From Macrostomum lignano (lineage: Eukaryota), in the NCBI GenBank assembly GCA_002269645.1, contig NIVC01002694.1:62001-126000 (forward strand): a stretch of 64,000 nucleotides of DNA, written 5' to 3'. The notes beneath the pieces were generated by a model. It saw nothing but the letters and a program-made list of their open reading frames with translations, was not told the DNA's origin and ran no database searches. Both the position numbers and the translations under genes were made by a program. This document shows, one piece after another, positions 51,882 through 64,000 of the stretch (the first letter of the stretch is position 1; every line of letters starts with the position of its first letter).

Positions 51882-53961
51882 ATGGATCGCAATATGCCAG
51901 TACAGTCGGGTGGGTTGTGGAACTCAACTCCAGTGCAGTACAGTGCTCAAACCCAGCAGCTGCTTAAAGGTAAAAACCGCACTCAAGTACAGCTTGAAGT
52001 TCACTTTAACATACTATATTTAATTTATAATGCAAGCAAAAATTATAAAAAAATCTTGTACTTACATTTCAGACATGATGCAAGAATCAAAGCTTACTAA
52101 TTTGCAAATGAGAAAAGTGTCAGAGACAATGAAAAGTAAGGATTAAGCTTTTGCAAAAAATGGCCTAAGACTTTGCCAACACATACCATTTCATTACAGC
52201 TACAATTTTTTATATCTGCATTTTTTTCTAAATTCAGAAGGCTCCAGTCTGCCGACAGATCTGCCTCCGACGTCATCTGCCAGGCAAAGGTCAAACTCTG
52301 CCGGTAAACCGAGAGGTCCAATGCCGAAAGTTCTCAATCCAAAGTGAGACGTAGTTTTGTTTCCTTTACCAACCGTCTTTACAACATACTTGACCTCTAG
52401 TGCCATATCAGGATGAGGTCAGAAAGTTCAGGGTTCAAAGTTCATTTACGAGCTAACTTTCATAAGCGCTTCTGGGCCATGGTTACTCGTTTATCATATT
52501 GTTGATCAACTAGCTTCTTACTCTTGGTTAATTTAGGAAGTTGTTAAGGTTAGAATTCTGAAAGTATTTTAGAGCTACACAATTATTTTTTTAATTATTT
52601 TTATGAGATTTCTAAAACAGGATTGTTTGAGTTTTAGAGCACAATCAAATGAATACTATCATTAGAAAGAAAACATACGAACCGTATTTTGGCAAAGCAT
52701 CTTTTAACGCCGATTTAACAAAACGTTATTCCGTAAGTTTCGAATCATGCTTTAACAAAAAGCACCTTTTGTAGATCTAAGAGACAAGGGGCGCACGTAC
52801 TTTAAGTCACGTGATCCCCCCCGATCCAAATGACAAATTCCTGCGTATGCCTCTGTGGCTCAGCTTTGTCAAGCAGTCAGAATAGAGGCCACAGTAGCTC
52901 AGTTTTACAAAAGAAGCTGAAATTTCCCTCACCCACCAGAAACTATCAATCGAGTCTGCGTACGCGCGAACAAATCGTTGCTACGGGAGCCTACGAAAAG
53001 CCGGCCTACCGGCCAACGGGCCCGTCCGGTCGAAATCAGGACGCTGAGAAGCGACGACTGGCGAACCGCATGGCCTTCGGTGACGAGTGCCCGCCAGACG
53101 ATGGACGCGGGGACGTCGGCGGCAGCGGCGGCAGACGCAAAGGCGGAGTGAGGCGGATGACTCTGGAAGCCCCCGCTCCGGAGCCGACGCTGGACCGGTT
53201 CGACGAACTGGCCGAGGAAGTTGAGGACAGGCGTCGCTTCCTCGACCAGATGGAGGCGGCCGGGCAAGGCGCCAAGTATCGGGCCAAGATTCAGGCGGAA
53301 ATATCGCAAGTGCGTGTCCACGGGGTTACGAGTAGATTATCTACCGCGGTCATTCCCGATGGGCTGGAAAAATTATATGCATCCTATACTTAAGACAGCT
53401 TCGGGCCCCCAGGAACCGGCGGCTCTATGCATGATATGGGGCCACTGGTGCTGGCGCCCCTTTGGTGCTGGCGCCCCTGATGCTAAAGATTCTGGTGCTA
53501 AAGCCCCTAGTGCTAAAGCCCCTTGTGCTGACGCACCTGCTGTATAATAAGCTTAATGTTAATATAATAAGCTTAATGCTTAACGTATAATAAGCAATTA
53601 CCGATCGGTTTTTTAAAAGCCGCCCTACAACGGAAGCAAATTGAAGATATTTTTTGTCTTAATTATAAAAACTTATGTCTGCTATACATGTAAATTTTAA
53701 ATCGGCTCAATTTTATAACAGTATATTTCAATTACTAAAAACTTTCTAGATATGCTTTACCATATAGCCGGTCATATTTTTTTCCGTTGAATATTTTTTG
53801 CGAACAATACTACTGTAGACACTACTAAATAGTAGCAAAACAGGTAAATTTAAGCCATGTCGCAATTTTCATTCCAGCTCGTCAGAGAGATGGAGATTAT
53901 TGACAAGAAGCGCAACGAAGAGCTGGAACGAATGATGAGGGCGGAGCGGAGCGGTCAGTAG
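51882..53961 (+). CDS. C22orf23: UPF0193/EVG1 family protein, 236 aa: join(51882-51969,52073-52135,52238-52343,52940-53309,53878-53961)
   Basis: MMQESKLTNLQ, GAYE, EKRRL, DRFDELAEEVEDRRRFL..ME..GQG..Y...I.AEISQ, REME.ID match the EVG1 family as recalled. All introns are GT-AG and in phase; total 711 nt. Confidence 0.88.
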
Positions 53962-54403
53962 GGAACTTCCAGCCTGCCTAAGTCTGAGTGCCTTGATCGC
54001 AAGCTGACATCATCACTGCCAACTGCTTTTAAATTGATTGTGTTTATCTGACAAGAGCATGGATAAGGGAAGTAGGAGCCGACAGCCGCACTCTTGCAAC
54101 TCTAAAATGAAAATGAAACAATTTTATGTTTTGTCCAAACGTTGGTTGACATGTTTATCAAGTTTAGCCATTTAAATGCGACAGGAGATTAGGAGCAAGT
54201 AAGAAAAAGGTTCGAGTGAAATTTCTGCTTTTCCTGGCTCTTGATTGTATTTTTTCCGATGATTTCTGTAGAAGATTATGCATGGTTTTTAGGGTTGTAT
54301 TTGTTGTAAGTTAAAACAAACTGTAGAAACCATGCATTACCTCAATTAAATCCCTGCTTTCAAACTCCGGGATTTATTCAGATACAACCCGCAAAACAGT
54401 TTA

Positions 54404-54515
54404 GACCATAGACACTGAATGCAGTGCAAAGAGGGGTCAAGGGGACGCAGTTCCTGTGCGGGTGTACGGGCGGAGCCCCACATGTAGCATCTCACTTTAT
54501 TAAATGTCTATGGTC
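54404..54515. mobile_element. ~110-bp mini-element with 11-bp TIR GACCATAGACA
   Basis: gaccatagaca...tgtctatggtc; the CCATAGAC word recurs at about 28220, 29208, 54938, 56186 and 56479. Confidence 0.55.
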
Positions 54516-56145
54516 CGCTTTCATCTCGGAAAGTCGACTAGAAAGGATTTAAGCGAAACATGGGAGAAGTATTAAGATATTCTATGGTTGAAGTTGGGGA
54601 TGGGGGTGTGGGGGCGAAGCCCCCACATTCTTTCCATAAACAAAATACGAGCTATTATTAAGAAATTTCTCGAGTCACGAAGGAAGAGAAGAGAGAAGCT
54701 CGCTTATTTAGATACATGCAATAATCCTTGCAATATGTCCGGGAAAGTGATCGATTAAATCCCGCAAAATAAAATCTATGTCAATAACCTCCCTGAAAGT
54801 GAGCTTTAAAGTGGTTTAAAATTCGTTGTTTAGTTTTGTGAGTAGGTGAACTGCGGAAACTTATGTGGAAGTTAAATAGAGATAAAACAAAGAACACCAA
54901 AAGTGCATTTTCTAAGGTAGTTGCAAGTACTTTTTGACCATAGACGGCAGTTAGCCAAGTACACAGAAGTTTACTTGGTGATTTAGCGCAAGAAGAAGCT
55001 TTAGCTTTGGCAGCTTAGGTCTGTGGTCAAAAAGTGAATACCTGAAAAGATGCACTTTCAACTTCATGAAGTTGGCATTCTATCTTATTCTCTGTATTCT
55101 TGGGGATAAACCTGTCAATCAGTTTTGAGAACAGAACCTGCACAAAAATTCTGAAGTTCAGATATCTTTAATTTACAACTCGCTCGGTTTTAAAGTGTTA
55201 GGCGTCCAGCTACTCCCAACTGTTCATATAGATCTGAGATGGACTTTGTACTAATTAGTTTTTTATTTTAGTCCGTCCATTGAATCTGCAATTTAATTCT
55301 TTTAACAATTATACAATGTAAAAATGAACTAATGAACTACTCTTGAACTGCATAGTATTGTGCATGCACCGTTCTTTGTTATTCGTTTTAAAACTGTTCT
55401 ATTGGGTATAGTTGTAATTCTCACCTGATAGCATCAAGTCGAATAATAATTAATTAATGAAAAAGCAAATAAAATTCGGATCAAGTCCCGTTGTTGAGAT
55501 TTAGTCTCCGAAACACTATAAAATCGTCAAGCTGCTTTTTTAGTAATTGCTTTTTACGGCCAGTTTGGGCTTACCACCATACATCTTACTCGTATATTCC
55601 CATAGATAGGCTGCTCTCAATGAATTCAATAAAAGAAGACCGACCACGCAAATTGCAAGAAAACATTAACTAAGCCGACAGCGTTTGAGACAATAAAATA
55701 TGAGAGGTGAGATGAGAGAAAATGGGAGAGTAGAGAACGGAGAGACGGGGAGAGAGGAGAGGCGAGAGAAAGAGAAAGAACTGCATGAGAAGAGACACAA
55801 ACCTTGAGCTATTTCTAATATATTGCTATTTCTAAGTTTCAAAAGACCCGCGAGGGCCGGATTGAGAGGCTTCACGGGCCGCAGATTGCCGAGCTCTGCT
55901 CTATGGGGCATGCTTGTGGTCGCTGAGTGGCTTATTTAGGGAATATAAGATCTATATAGGCTTACCTGAATTGAATTTAATCCAAGATATGTTTGCCAGA
56001 GTAACGGAGCTTTTGTCTATAGTAGAAATTGGACCGGGGCACAGCAGCATTTAATTTGGTCCAGCAAGCATCGCTTTGGTCCATAGCGGCTCCATAGCTT
56101 CCACTCTTAGAGTTCATTTGCAACTGCATGCAGATTCGTGGACCC

Positions 56146-56627
56146 CTGGGGGGGGTCTTTCTCGAAAGCAACTTACGATCGGCCATAGACGTAAGTTGGG
56201 TAAGCTACACTTGCGGGTTGCTCGAAGTGCTCGGAGTGTGAATGTGATCGGAGAAAATAAACGTACAGGCGAAGAATGTAGGAAGAAGTGGTGCGACGTG
56301 AAGTCCAACGTCAAAGCAAAGACAGCCCTAGTACGGAAAGACAAAATGGCTACTGGCGGGCGGTGTACAAAAAGAATCTATATAACTAAATCTAAATCTT
56401 CTACAGAATTCGTTATAGTCTAATTGCTAGTATATACTGAAGCAGACAAAAACCATTGGAATCGTTGCCCACTTCGGCCATAGACAACATTTTTCGCTTT
56501 GCGATAACTTGCGAACTGCGTAAGTTGCGAGAACTCTAGGTTAGCTTCGAGAAACGCAAGCGCAAAGTTCTGACTTACGCCTGCACTTACCATAGAACTT
56601 ACAATAGTTTCGAGAAAGACCCCCCAG
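56146..56627 (+). mobile_element. PIF/Harbinger-like non-autonomous element with a Myb/SANT-like fragment
   Basis: TIR ctg(g)ntctttctcgaaa / tttcgagaaaga(c)nag; internal VNVIGENKRTGEECRKKWCDVKSNVKAK...TGG resembles Harbinger Myb/SANT ORFs. Confidence 0.6.
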
Positions 56628-57949
56628 ATTATTGCATAGCATTTTCAGATTGAATTTTTGACGTCACCTTGTATTGGAATGGAACAGTGATCAAAATTGA
56701 TGTACATCTGATTGACAGCGAGCTAATATTCCTTTATCCATGGCTTAAACTATCAACTAAGCTGACAAATGCAGCAGACTGACTGGATTTTAGCTAAATC
56801 CAATTAAAACATTGGGTGTCTCCGAGCGCTCTTTGACTGCAGATGAGCCTCCCGCTAACTTAGAGAAGTTCAAATTCTTAGTAGAAGCCATGATAAAAGT
56901 GCGCAGACAAGCGTGCGCGCCAGCAACATTATATATACTTTCTTTTACAAATTGAACTTTCTCAGAACTGTACAGCGCTCGCGGAGTGTAAAATATAGGA
57001 CCTCTCGGATCGCTGCATCGGCACTGTACGTCTCTATTAATGCATAGCCAAGTGTGTCTGCAATGGTAGGGGAGGCTGCGAGTCGGCTACAAGCCGACAA
57101 ATTCATCATCTACGAGTGGAATCAATATACATATATATATATAACTGTGAAGCTTCACATGGAGCTGGCTGTCAATAAGATTGCATTTACGTCCATAACA
57201 GTAAAGTCAAGAGGTCTATAGCCTGCTCTAGCACCAGACTTATTTGCTTCTGTGTAGGATTCGACTTTTTCTCGCGGGTGACGATAGATCCTTTTCGTCA
57301 GCTAGGAAACAACAGGCGCTAACTCCTTCTGCGTCTCTATTACACACACCACATACAGACACACACACGCACATGCACCGTTCTACCAAGTCTTTAGTTC
57401 GTCTTGCTATATACATGTAACTATCCTTGACAGGTCGCGCTCTCCTAGGCTGCTTGATTCGTCTCAGACGTAGGTCGACTTAATTATAAAAGTTTTTTAA
57501 TGCCTGATAATTTTTTAATGCTTGTTCAGCTCACCAATAAGTTTAATAATTGCAGCCAAGCAAAGCAACCTGTGACACAGAACTCTCTGCATGGGCCAGC
57601 TAGCCAATTTTCCATGGACTCCTAAGCATCCCTGGATTGGAAGTCAGCGAAATAAACAGAAATTAGAAATCGACGACTGGAAGAACCCACCAAACTGTTG
57701 TGGTTTTCATTGATACGTTAAAAACCATGAACTTTAATTCAGTCAAGCCTAATATGATCATGAATAAACAACATTACAGTAGCTGAACATTTAAAGGTCA
57801 CTGTTGAACAAATGTTAGCTAAGTATTGAATTATTGATTATGGGACAACTTCGGTTAATTCAAACGATGAAAAAAATAGTTTAATCGGTTGGTTCAATGC
57901 ATTGTCAGAAGTACACTTGTTAATGGCTTAAAAATTGTATTGTCCACCT

Positions 57950-59010
57950 CAATACAAATAAAATCTACTTGACAATGACAATGGCCATTTTGAGAGGCCA
58001 TATTTAAACCCCAACACAAATAAAATCTACTTGACAATGACCAATTTGAGAGGCCATATTTAAACCCCAACACAAATAAAATCTACTTGACAATGGCCAT
58101 TTTGAGAGGCCATATTTAAACCCCAACACAAATAAAATCTACTTGACAATGGCCAATTTCAGAGGCCATATTTAAACCTCAATACGAATAAAATCTACTT
58201 GACAATGGCCAATTTGAGAGGCCATATTTAAACCCCAATACGAATAAAATCTACTTGACAATGGCCATTTTGAGAGGCCATATTTAAACCCCAATACGAA
58301 TAAAATCTACTTGACAATGGCCATTTCGAGAGGCCATATTTAAACCCCAATACGAATAAAATCTACTTGACAATGGCCATTTTGAGAGGCCATATTTAAA
58401 CCCCAACACAAATAAAATCTACTTGACAATGGCCATTTTGAGAGGCCATATTTAAACCCCAACACAAATAAAATCTACTTGACAATGGCCATTTTGAGAG
58501 GCCATATTTAAACCCCAACAAAAATAAAATCTACTTGACAATGACTAATTTGAGAGGCCATATTTAAACCCAAATACGAGTAAAATCTATGACCAATTTG
58601 AGAGGCCATATTTAAACCCCAATACGAATAAAATCTACTTGACAATGGCCAATTTGAGAGGCCATATTTAAACCCAAATACGAATAAAATCTACTTGACA
58701 ATGACAATGGCCATTTTGAGAGGCCATATTTAAACCCCAATACGAATAAAATCTACTTGACAATGGCCATTTTGAGAGGCCATATTTAAACCCCAATACG
58801 AATAAAATCTACTTGACAATGGCCATTTCGAGAGGCCATATTTAAACCCCAATACGAATAAAATCTACTTGACAATGGCCATTTTGAGAGGCCATATTTA
58901 AACCCCAACACAAATAAAATCTACTTGACAATGGCCATTTTGAGAGGCCATATTTAAACCCCAATACGAATAAAATCTACTTGACAATGACCAATTTGAG
59001 AGGCCATGTC
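57950..59010. repeat. 56-bp satellite, ~19 copies
   Basis: Unit aataaaatctacttgacaatggccattttgagaggccatatttaaaccccaa(tacg/caca). Confidence 0.96.
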
Positions 59011-59784
59011 TAAACCCCGAATAGATTGGGCAGCCTATTTTCGAGCTCGCTACCACTCTACCTGAGAATTGTTGAAGATTACCTGACGAATTACCCAATA
59101 TCGTTGTCCATCGAGTTTCACACGGTCAAATGTCTGTCGATATAGCATAATAATTAATTCACCATTCTGCTACTCGTATATTGACACCGGAAGACTGCTG
59201 GTTTCTGACACGCTGGCTGCAAAAGCAAATGGTTTCTTGTGTACTTCATTATTATCGTCCCGGACTATATGTAATGAGCGTAGTAAGTGCTATAAGCTCC
59301 ATATGCATACATGTAGAGCGCCAAGCAGCCAGTGTGCAACTGCCGCCTAGCATTTCAGAACTGCCATGGCCGACCTTTTGGACTGCCGAGCGCCAACTCT
59401 GTAGGGGCTGGCTGGCGGTTCTGTTCTGCAGGGCGGGAGAATTATTAAATCGTAACATTCGGTTACTTAGGATATGCTGGATCGCTGTCGAACTCTCAGT
59501 GGATTTGTCCTCCTCAATGAGCTAAGAAATCCTTGTTTGTGTTATTCCTATTCAACGCGGAAATTTTTAACAAAACTTATTGACACGTTTGACACAATTA
59601 ACTCAGCAAAAAATGGCGCATTTGTACGCAATTTTTACGCACTGTGCACGTTGATTCATATTTCTACGAGTAGTTTGTTTTATTATGCTTAACAGTATCG
59701 AAATTCCACTCTTTGGAATGCGCATCGCTGTGTCCATATTCTCTATTGCTCTCTAGTTATCTGCCATTCTCTATCTGCGTGTCT

Positions 59785-60282
<498 letters not shown>

Positions 60283-60876
60283 TAGTGTCTACGCTCGCAG
60301 ATGCTACTGTCTGCTGTAGCGCCCATGTATGTCCTATAGTCAGCTTCAGTTTATTTATTAAGGTGGTTTATTCATTTCAAGGTGTCGGAACGCGAAAATT
60401 CGATATCAAACAGCGCGCCCTGTTAGCGGCACTACAGCGCTACCGCTAAAGCGGAGTTTAACACATCCAAACCCTCGTTCTGGTTGACTAAGAGAGAGAG
60501 AGAGAGAGAGACCAGGACCAGCCAATGGCGGGGCAGCTAGTAACAATACTCTGACTACGATTGCACCATTCGATAAAGCTCACAGTTTCGCTCGAAAACA
60601 CGGTCCCGACCGCTAGGAGCAAGGCCAGCTTTGCAGCAGAAAGGAGCTTACAGACGGATTTCCACATGAGAGCAGCCGGTGTTTCACTGCAATTTTGGAT
60701 TGACAACTTTCAGAATTTTAACTGCTCTGTTCACAAGTAGATCTTTAAATAAGCAACTACAACCCGACAAATGTTCCAACCTTATTTGGGTAAGTGTTTC
60801 CACTCTCCTAAACGCCTATTTCAATTTCTTACCTAGTAATTTATACAGAAAATCTGCGCGATAAAAACTTTTGCAG

Positions 60877-61117
60877 CTACTAGAAGAAGAAGAAGAAGCG
60901 GTTCGATTTCTGATTGCCGGCACCATCGCCGGAAGCATCAGCAGCTACTTCTGCTACTGCTCTGGCTGGCCGCCTGTCTGACTCAAACCGAGGCGGCGGC
61001 GATTTCGGACAACCGGCTGTCCTTGACAAGAACGGAGAGGATTCTGCAGCGTGGGAAAATTGTGCGACTGGCTGACGCGCTCAACAGGCAGCTGCTTTTC
61101 AACTTGCACAGCAACAG
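60877..61117 (+). CDS. Probable exon of a secreted protein precursor
   Basis: ttttgcag| acceptor and AG|gtgagt donor flank an open frame RRRRR...RKHQQLLLLLLWLAACLTQTEAAAISDNRL... that looks like a signal peptide. Other exons not found. Confidence 0.5.
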
Positions 61118-61198
61118 GTGAGTGGCTTTGAGCACTGCCGCGAGTCAAGGCCCCTGACTTTCCAATCGCCAGGCATTTAGCTCTCACTGGGCCTTGGG

Positions 61199-61712
61199 CA
61201 GGCGCGTCGCCACCGGGGGACAGGGGGACATGCCAGTGCTTTGTCCCCCCCCACACTCCACCTTGTAAGTCGTTGTGGTAATCAATAATTTTTCTTCAGG
61301 GCGCCAAAATATAGCGGCTGCGGCGCCAAAATGAGTGCCTGCGGTGCCAAAATGAGTGCCTGCGGCGCAAAAATGAGTGCCTGCGGCGCCAAAATGAGTG
61401 CCTGCGGCGCTAAAATGAGTGCCTGCGGCGCTAGAATGAGTGCCTGCGACGCTAAAATGAGTGCCTGCGGCGCCAAAATGAGTGCCTGCGACGCCAAAAT
61501 GAGTGCCTGCGACGCCAAAATGAGTGCCTGCGGCGCTAAAATGAGTGCCTGCGGCGCTAGAATGAGTGCCTGCGGCGCTAAAATGAGTGCCTGTGGCGCT
61601 AAAATGAGTGCCTGCGGCGCCAAAGTGAATGCCAAAATTTAGTCATGTGCATGTACACGTCAAATTCTTGGCTTTGTCCCCCCCCACCATAAAATCGAAA
61701 GGGATGTCCCTG
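61199..61712. mobile_element. Small TIR-type element carrying an internal 21-bp minisatellite (61309-61624)
   Basis: Ends cagg.../...ccctg; related to the split element at 15940/26643; internal unit ggcgccaaaatgagtgcctgc, about 15 copies. Confidence 0.65.
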
Positions 61713-63257
61713 ACGAATCGATAGGGATCGATAGGGATTGCTACGAGTAATTTTCGTCAGCTAGCGCCAAATTTATGCGCGCGGAATCGAGCATAGCACA
61801 AGATTGCATCAAAACCGCGAAAGCAAAATCAAATCGACTTCAGCTTCTGCAAATTTGATTCCCAAATAATGAGAGCCCATGAGTAGATCTCTTCCCCGTG
61901 CACTGGCTTTTGGTGCCTGGAAAGAAACGAGACAAGTGCATTGCCTGGATGTAACAGACTTTCTCGTTAGCCGCACCTGGAGGCGATTAATAATTGTTAG
62001 GGATTGGCCGAAGTCAAAATTTTAGGACAGAAAGGGGGCAAGAAAGCGTTGCGGAGGGTTAGGAAAGTCGGCAAGAAAAAGTGGAAAGTCCCAGCAGTAT
62101 GCGGTTGTCCACTCTGGAAGCGTGTATCATCCGGGACGTACGAGCATCTAATTCCACTACTGTGTCTGGGTCGCCTCCCCAAACCGCCCACCCCATCCCC
62201 ACACTCATTTCACTTTTTTGGCCAGAAATTAGGGGATGAAGAGAATTGAGGGCGGCGGCGGCGCCTAGTTTTCAAAAGCGGCCCAGGAAACAGAAGAGCA
62301 AAAAGAGGGAGAGGGGAGAGAGAGACAGAAAAAGGAAGCCCGAAAGAAAACTAGCTTAGGTAGAAAAATGACCAGAAGACAGAAGGGCATCAGCTGCGTT
62401 TTGGCATCGGGCAAGCGACGTCTCGTTGCCAAGGGGCTTGTGATCCACTTCTCCGTAGCCGCTGCCTCCCCGCCCCGTTCTGACAACGTCAAAAGATGCC
62501 GCCTCGGCTGGTCAAAGAGGTCCAGCCTGCATTGGGGTATACGCTGTCCTTTAAAACAGGCGGCGGGCGAAGGTTGAACGAGTCTGTGTGTGTGTGTGTA
62601 TTGCGAATACGTCTGGAGGAGAGGAGAGGTTGCCTCTTCTCCATCCAGGGGCTATATCCGATTCTTTTCCTCTCTGTTTCCCGGGACAGAAACTCCGGGC
62701 GGAGGGAGTTTGGTGGGTTCTTCAAGCCTTGTCTTCTTTGCTACCCTACACATTACCGTTTAGGCTCACAACCTAACTATTACATTGCTACAATGCTGCA
62801 CATACACGCGGTCTCTGTGTGAGCCTCCCCCGTCTCTGACCTTTATTAGTTCATCAGTCGGTCGGGTCGCTCTGTGTGTGCGCGCTCGTGTGTGACGATT
62901 TTCTCCTCTAAATTTTGGACGAATTAGTTTTCTAGATGGGAGCGACAGAGAGAGAAATCGGTATTATTTTTGTATTACCTTTAAACCCGATGGATACAGC
63001 GATTGCTAGACGGGGTTGAGGGTGCACAGTACAAGGGGGGAGGCTAAAACCGCGTCTGTCACTTTGTGTCCTGTCAATGTAGTAATAATGAGTTTCTAGG
63101 GTCCCTCGGCAGTGATCGGTTAGTCAGTGCCCTGGATGCAATTTCTCTGCTGGAATAAGCTGAACGGTGAGCCTAAATTGTTTTTCTTACCAGAGTTTTA
63201 AGTATCAAATTTGAAGTACGGTCTGTAAAAATGATCAACGCTGGTGGTCATTAGAGT

Positions 63258-64000
63258 TTGGGTTGGTGAAGTGTCTGGTTGGAAAAGTGTCTGGTTGGTG
63301 AAGTGTCTGGTTGGTGAAGTGTCTGGTTGGTGAAGTGTCTGATTGGTGAAGTGTCTGGTTGGTGAAGTGTCTGGTTGGTGAAGTGTTTGGTTGATGAATT
63401 GCCTGGTTGGTTAAGTGTTTGGTTGATGAATTGTCTGGTTGGTGAAGTGTCTGGTTGGTGAAGTGTCTGGTTGGTAAAGTGCCTGGTTGATGAATTGCCT
63501 GGTTGGTGAAGTGTCTGGTTGGTTAAGTGTTTGGTTGATGAATTGTCTGGTTGGGGAAGTGTCTGGTTGGTTAAGTGTTTGGTTGATGAATTGTCTGGTT
63601 GGTGAAGTGTCTGGTTGGTGAAGTGTCTGGTTGGTAAAGTGTTTGGTTGATGAATTGCCTGGTTGGTGAAGTGTCTCGTTGGTGAATTGTCTGGTTGGTG
63701 AAGTGTTTGGTTGGTGAAGTGTCTGGTTGATGAATTGTCTGGTTGGTGAATTGTCTGGTTGGTGAAGTGTTTGGTTGATGAATTGTCTGGTTGGTGAAGT
63801 GTCTGGTTGGTAAAGTGTTTGGTTGATGAATTGCCTGGTTGGTGAAGTGCCTCGTTGGTGAATTGTCTGGTTGGTGAAGTGTTTGGTTGATGAATTGCCT
63901 GGTTGGTGAAGTGTCTCGTTGGTGAATTGTCTGGTTGGTGAAGTGTTTGGTTGGTGAAGTGTCTAGTTGATGAATTGTCTGGTTGGTGAATTGTCTGGTT
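63258..64000. repeat. 16-bp satellite running off the window end
   Basis: Units ggttggtgaagtgtct and ggttgatgaattgtct. Confidence 0.96.

Noticed and set aside
52231-52240. NAGNAG tandem acceptor (cag/aag) in EVG1
   Set aside because: A common feature with a one-residue effect; not notable without RNA data.
52097-52406. Minus-strand ORFs (MALEVKYV..., MDLSVYRQ...)
   Set aside because: Antisense to EVG1 exons 2-3.
61282-61642. APQALIL / MSACGAK repeat ORFs
   Set aside because: Translations of a 21-bp minisatellite.
63258-64000. Telomeric repeat
   Set aside because: The unit is a variable 16-mer, not TTAGGG-like, and there is no evidence of a chromosome end.

Overview
This is eukaryotic (invertebrate) genomic DNA with spliceosomal GT-AG introns and many minisatellites. 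The style resembles the flatworm Macrostomum, which is an impression I cannot prove. Host genes: a 9-exon cystathionine beta-synthase (1925-7132, +); a 5-exon unknown multipass membrane protein (7782-11446, -); an intronless Cys-rich type I membrane protein (13092-14573, -); four tandem SLC18B1-like MFS transporters, one a pseudogene (31452-42662, -); PPP4R2 (44439-45595, first exon not found); UPF0193/EVG1 (51882-53961, +); and one probable exon of a secreted protein. An intact, very young Ty3/gypsy LTR retrotransposon lies at 16580-26459 (-), with 826-bp LTRs, a GTAG target-site duplication, a tRNA-Gln primer-binding site and a polypurine tract. It has a cold-shock domain inside Gag, histone-type stem-loops near both LTR ends, and a TGATG stop-start junction between gag-protease and pol. 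Older repeats (a LINE RNase H fragment, a related LTR, foldback elements) show CpG-to-TpA and CpA-to-TpA changes resembling fungal RIP hypermutation. No rRNA, intact tRNA or CRISPR array was seen. All calls come from manual reading and remembered family motifs; no searches were run.
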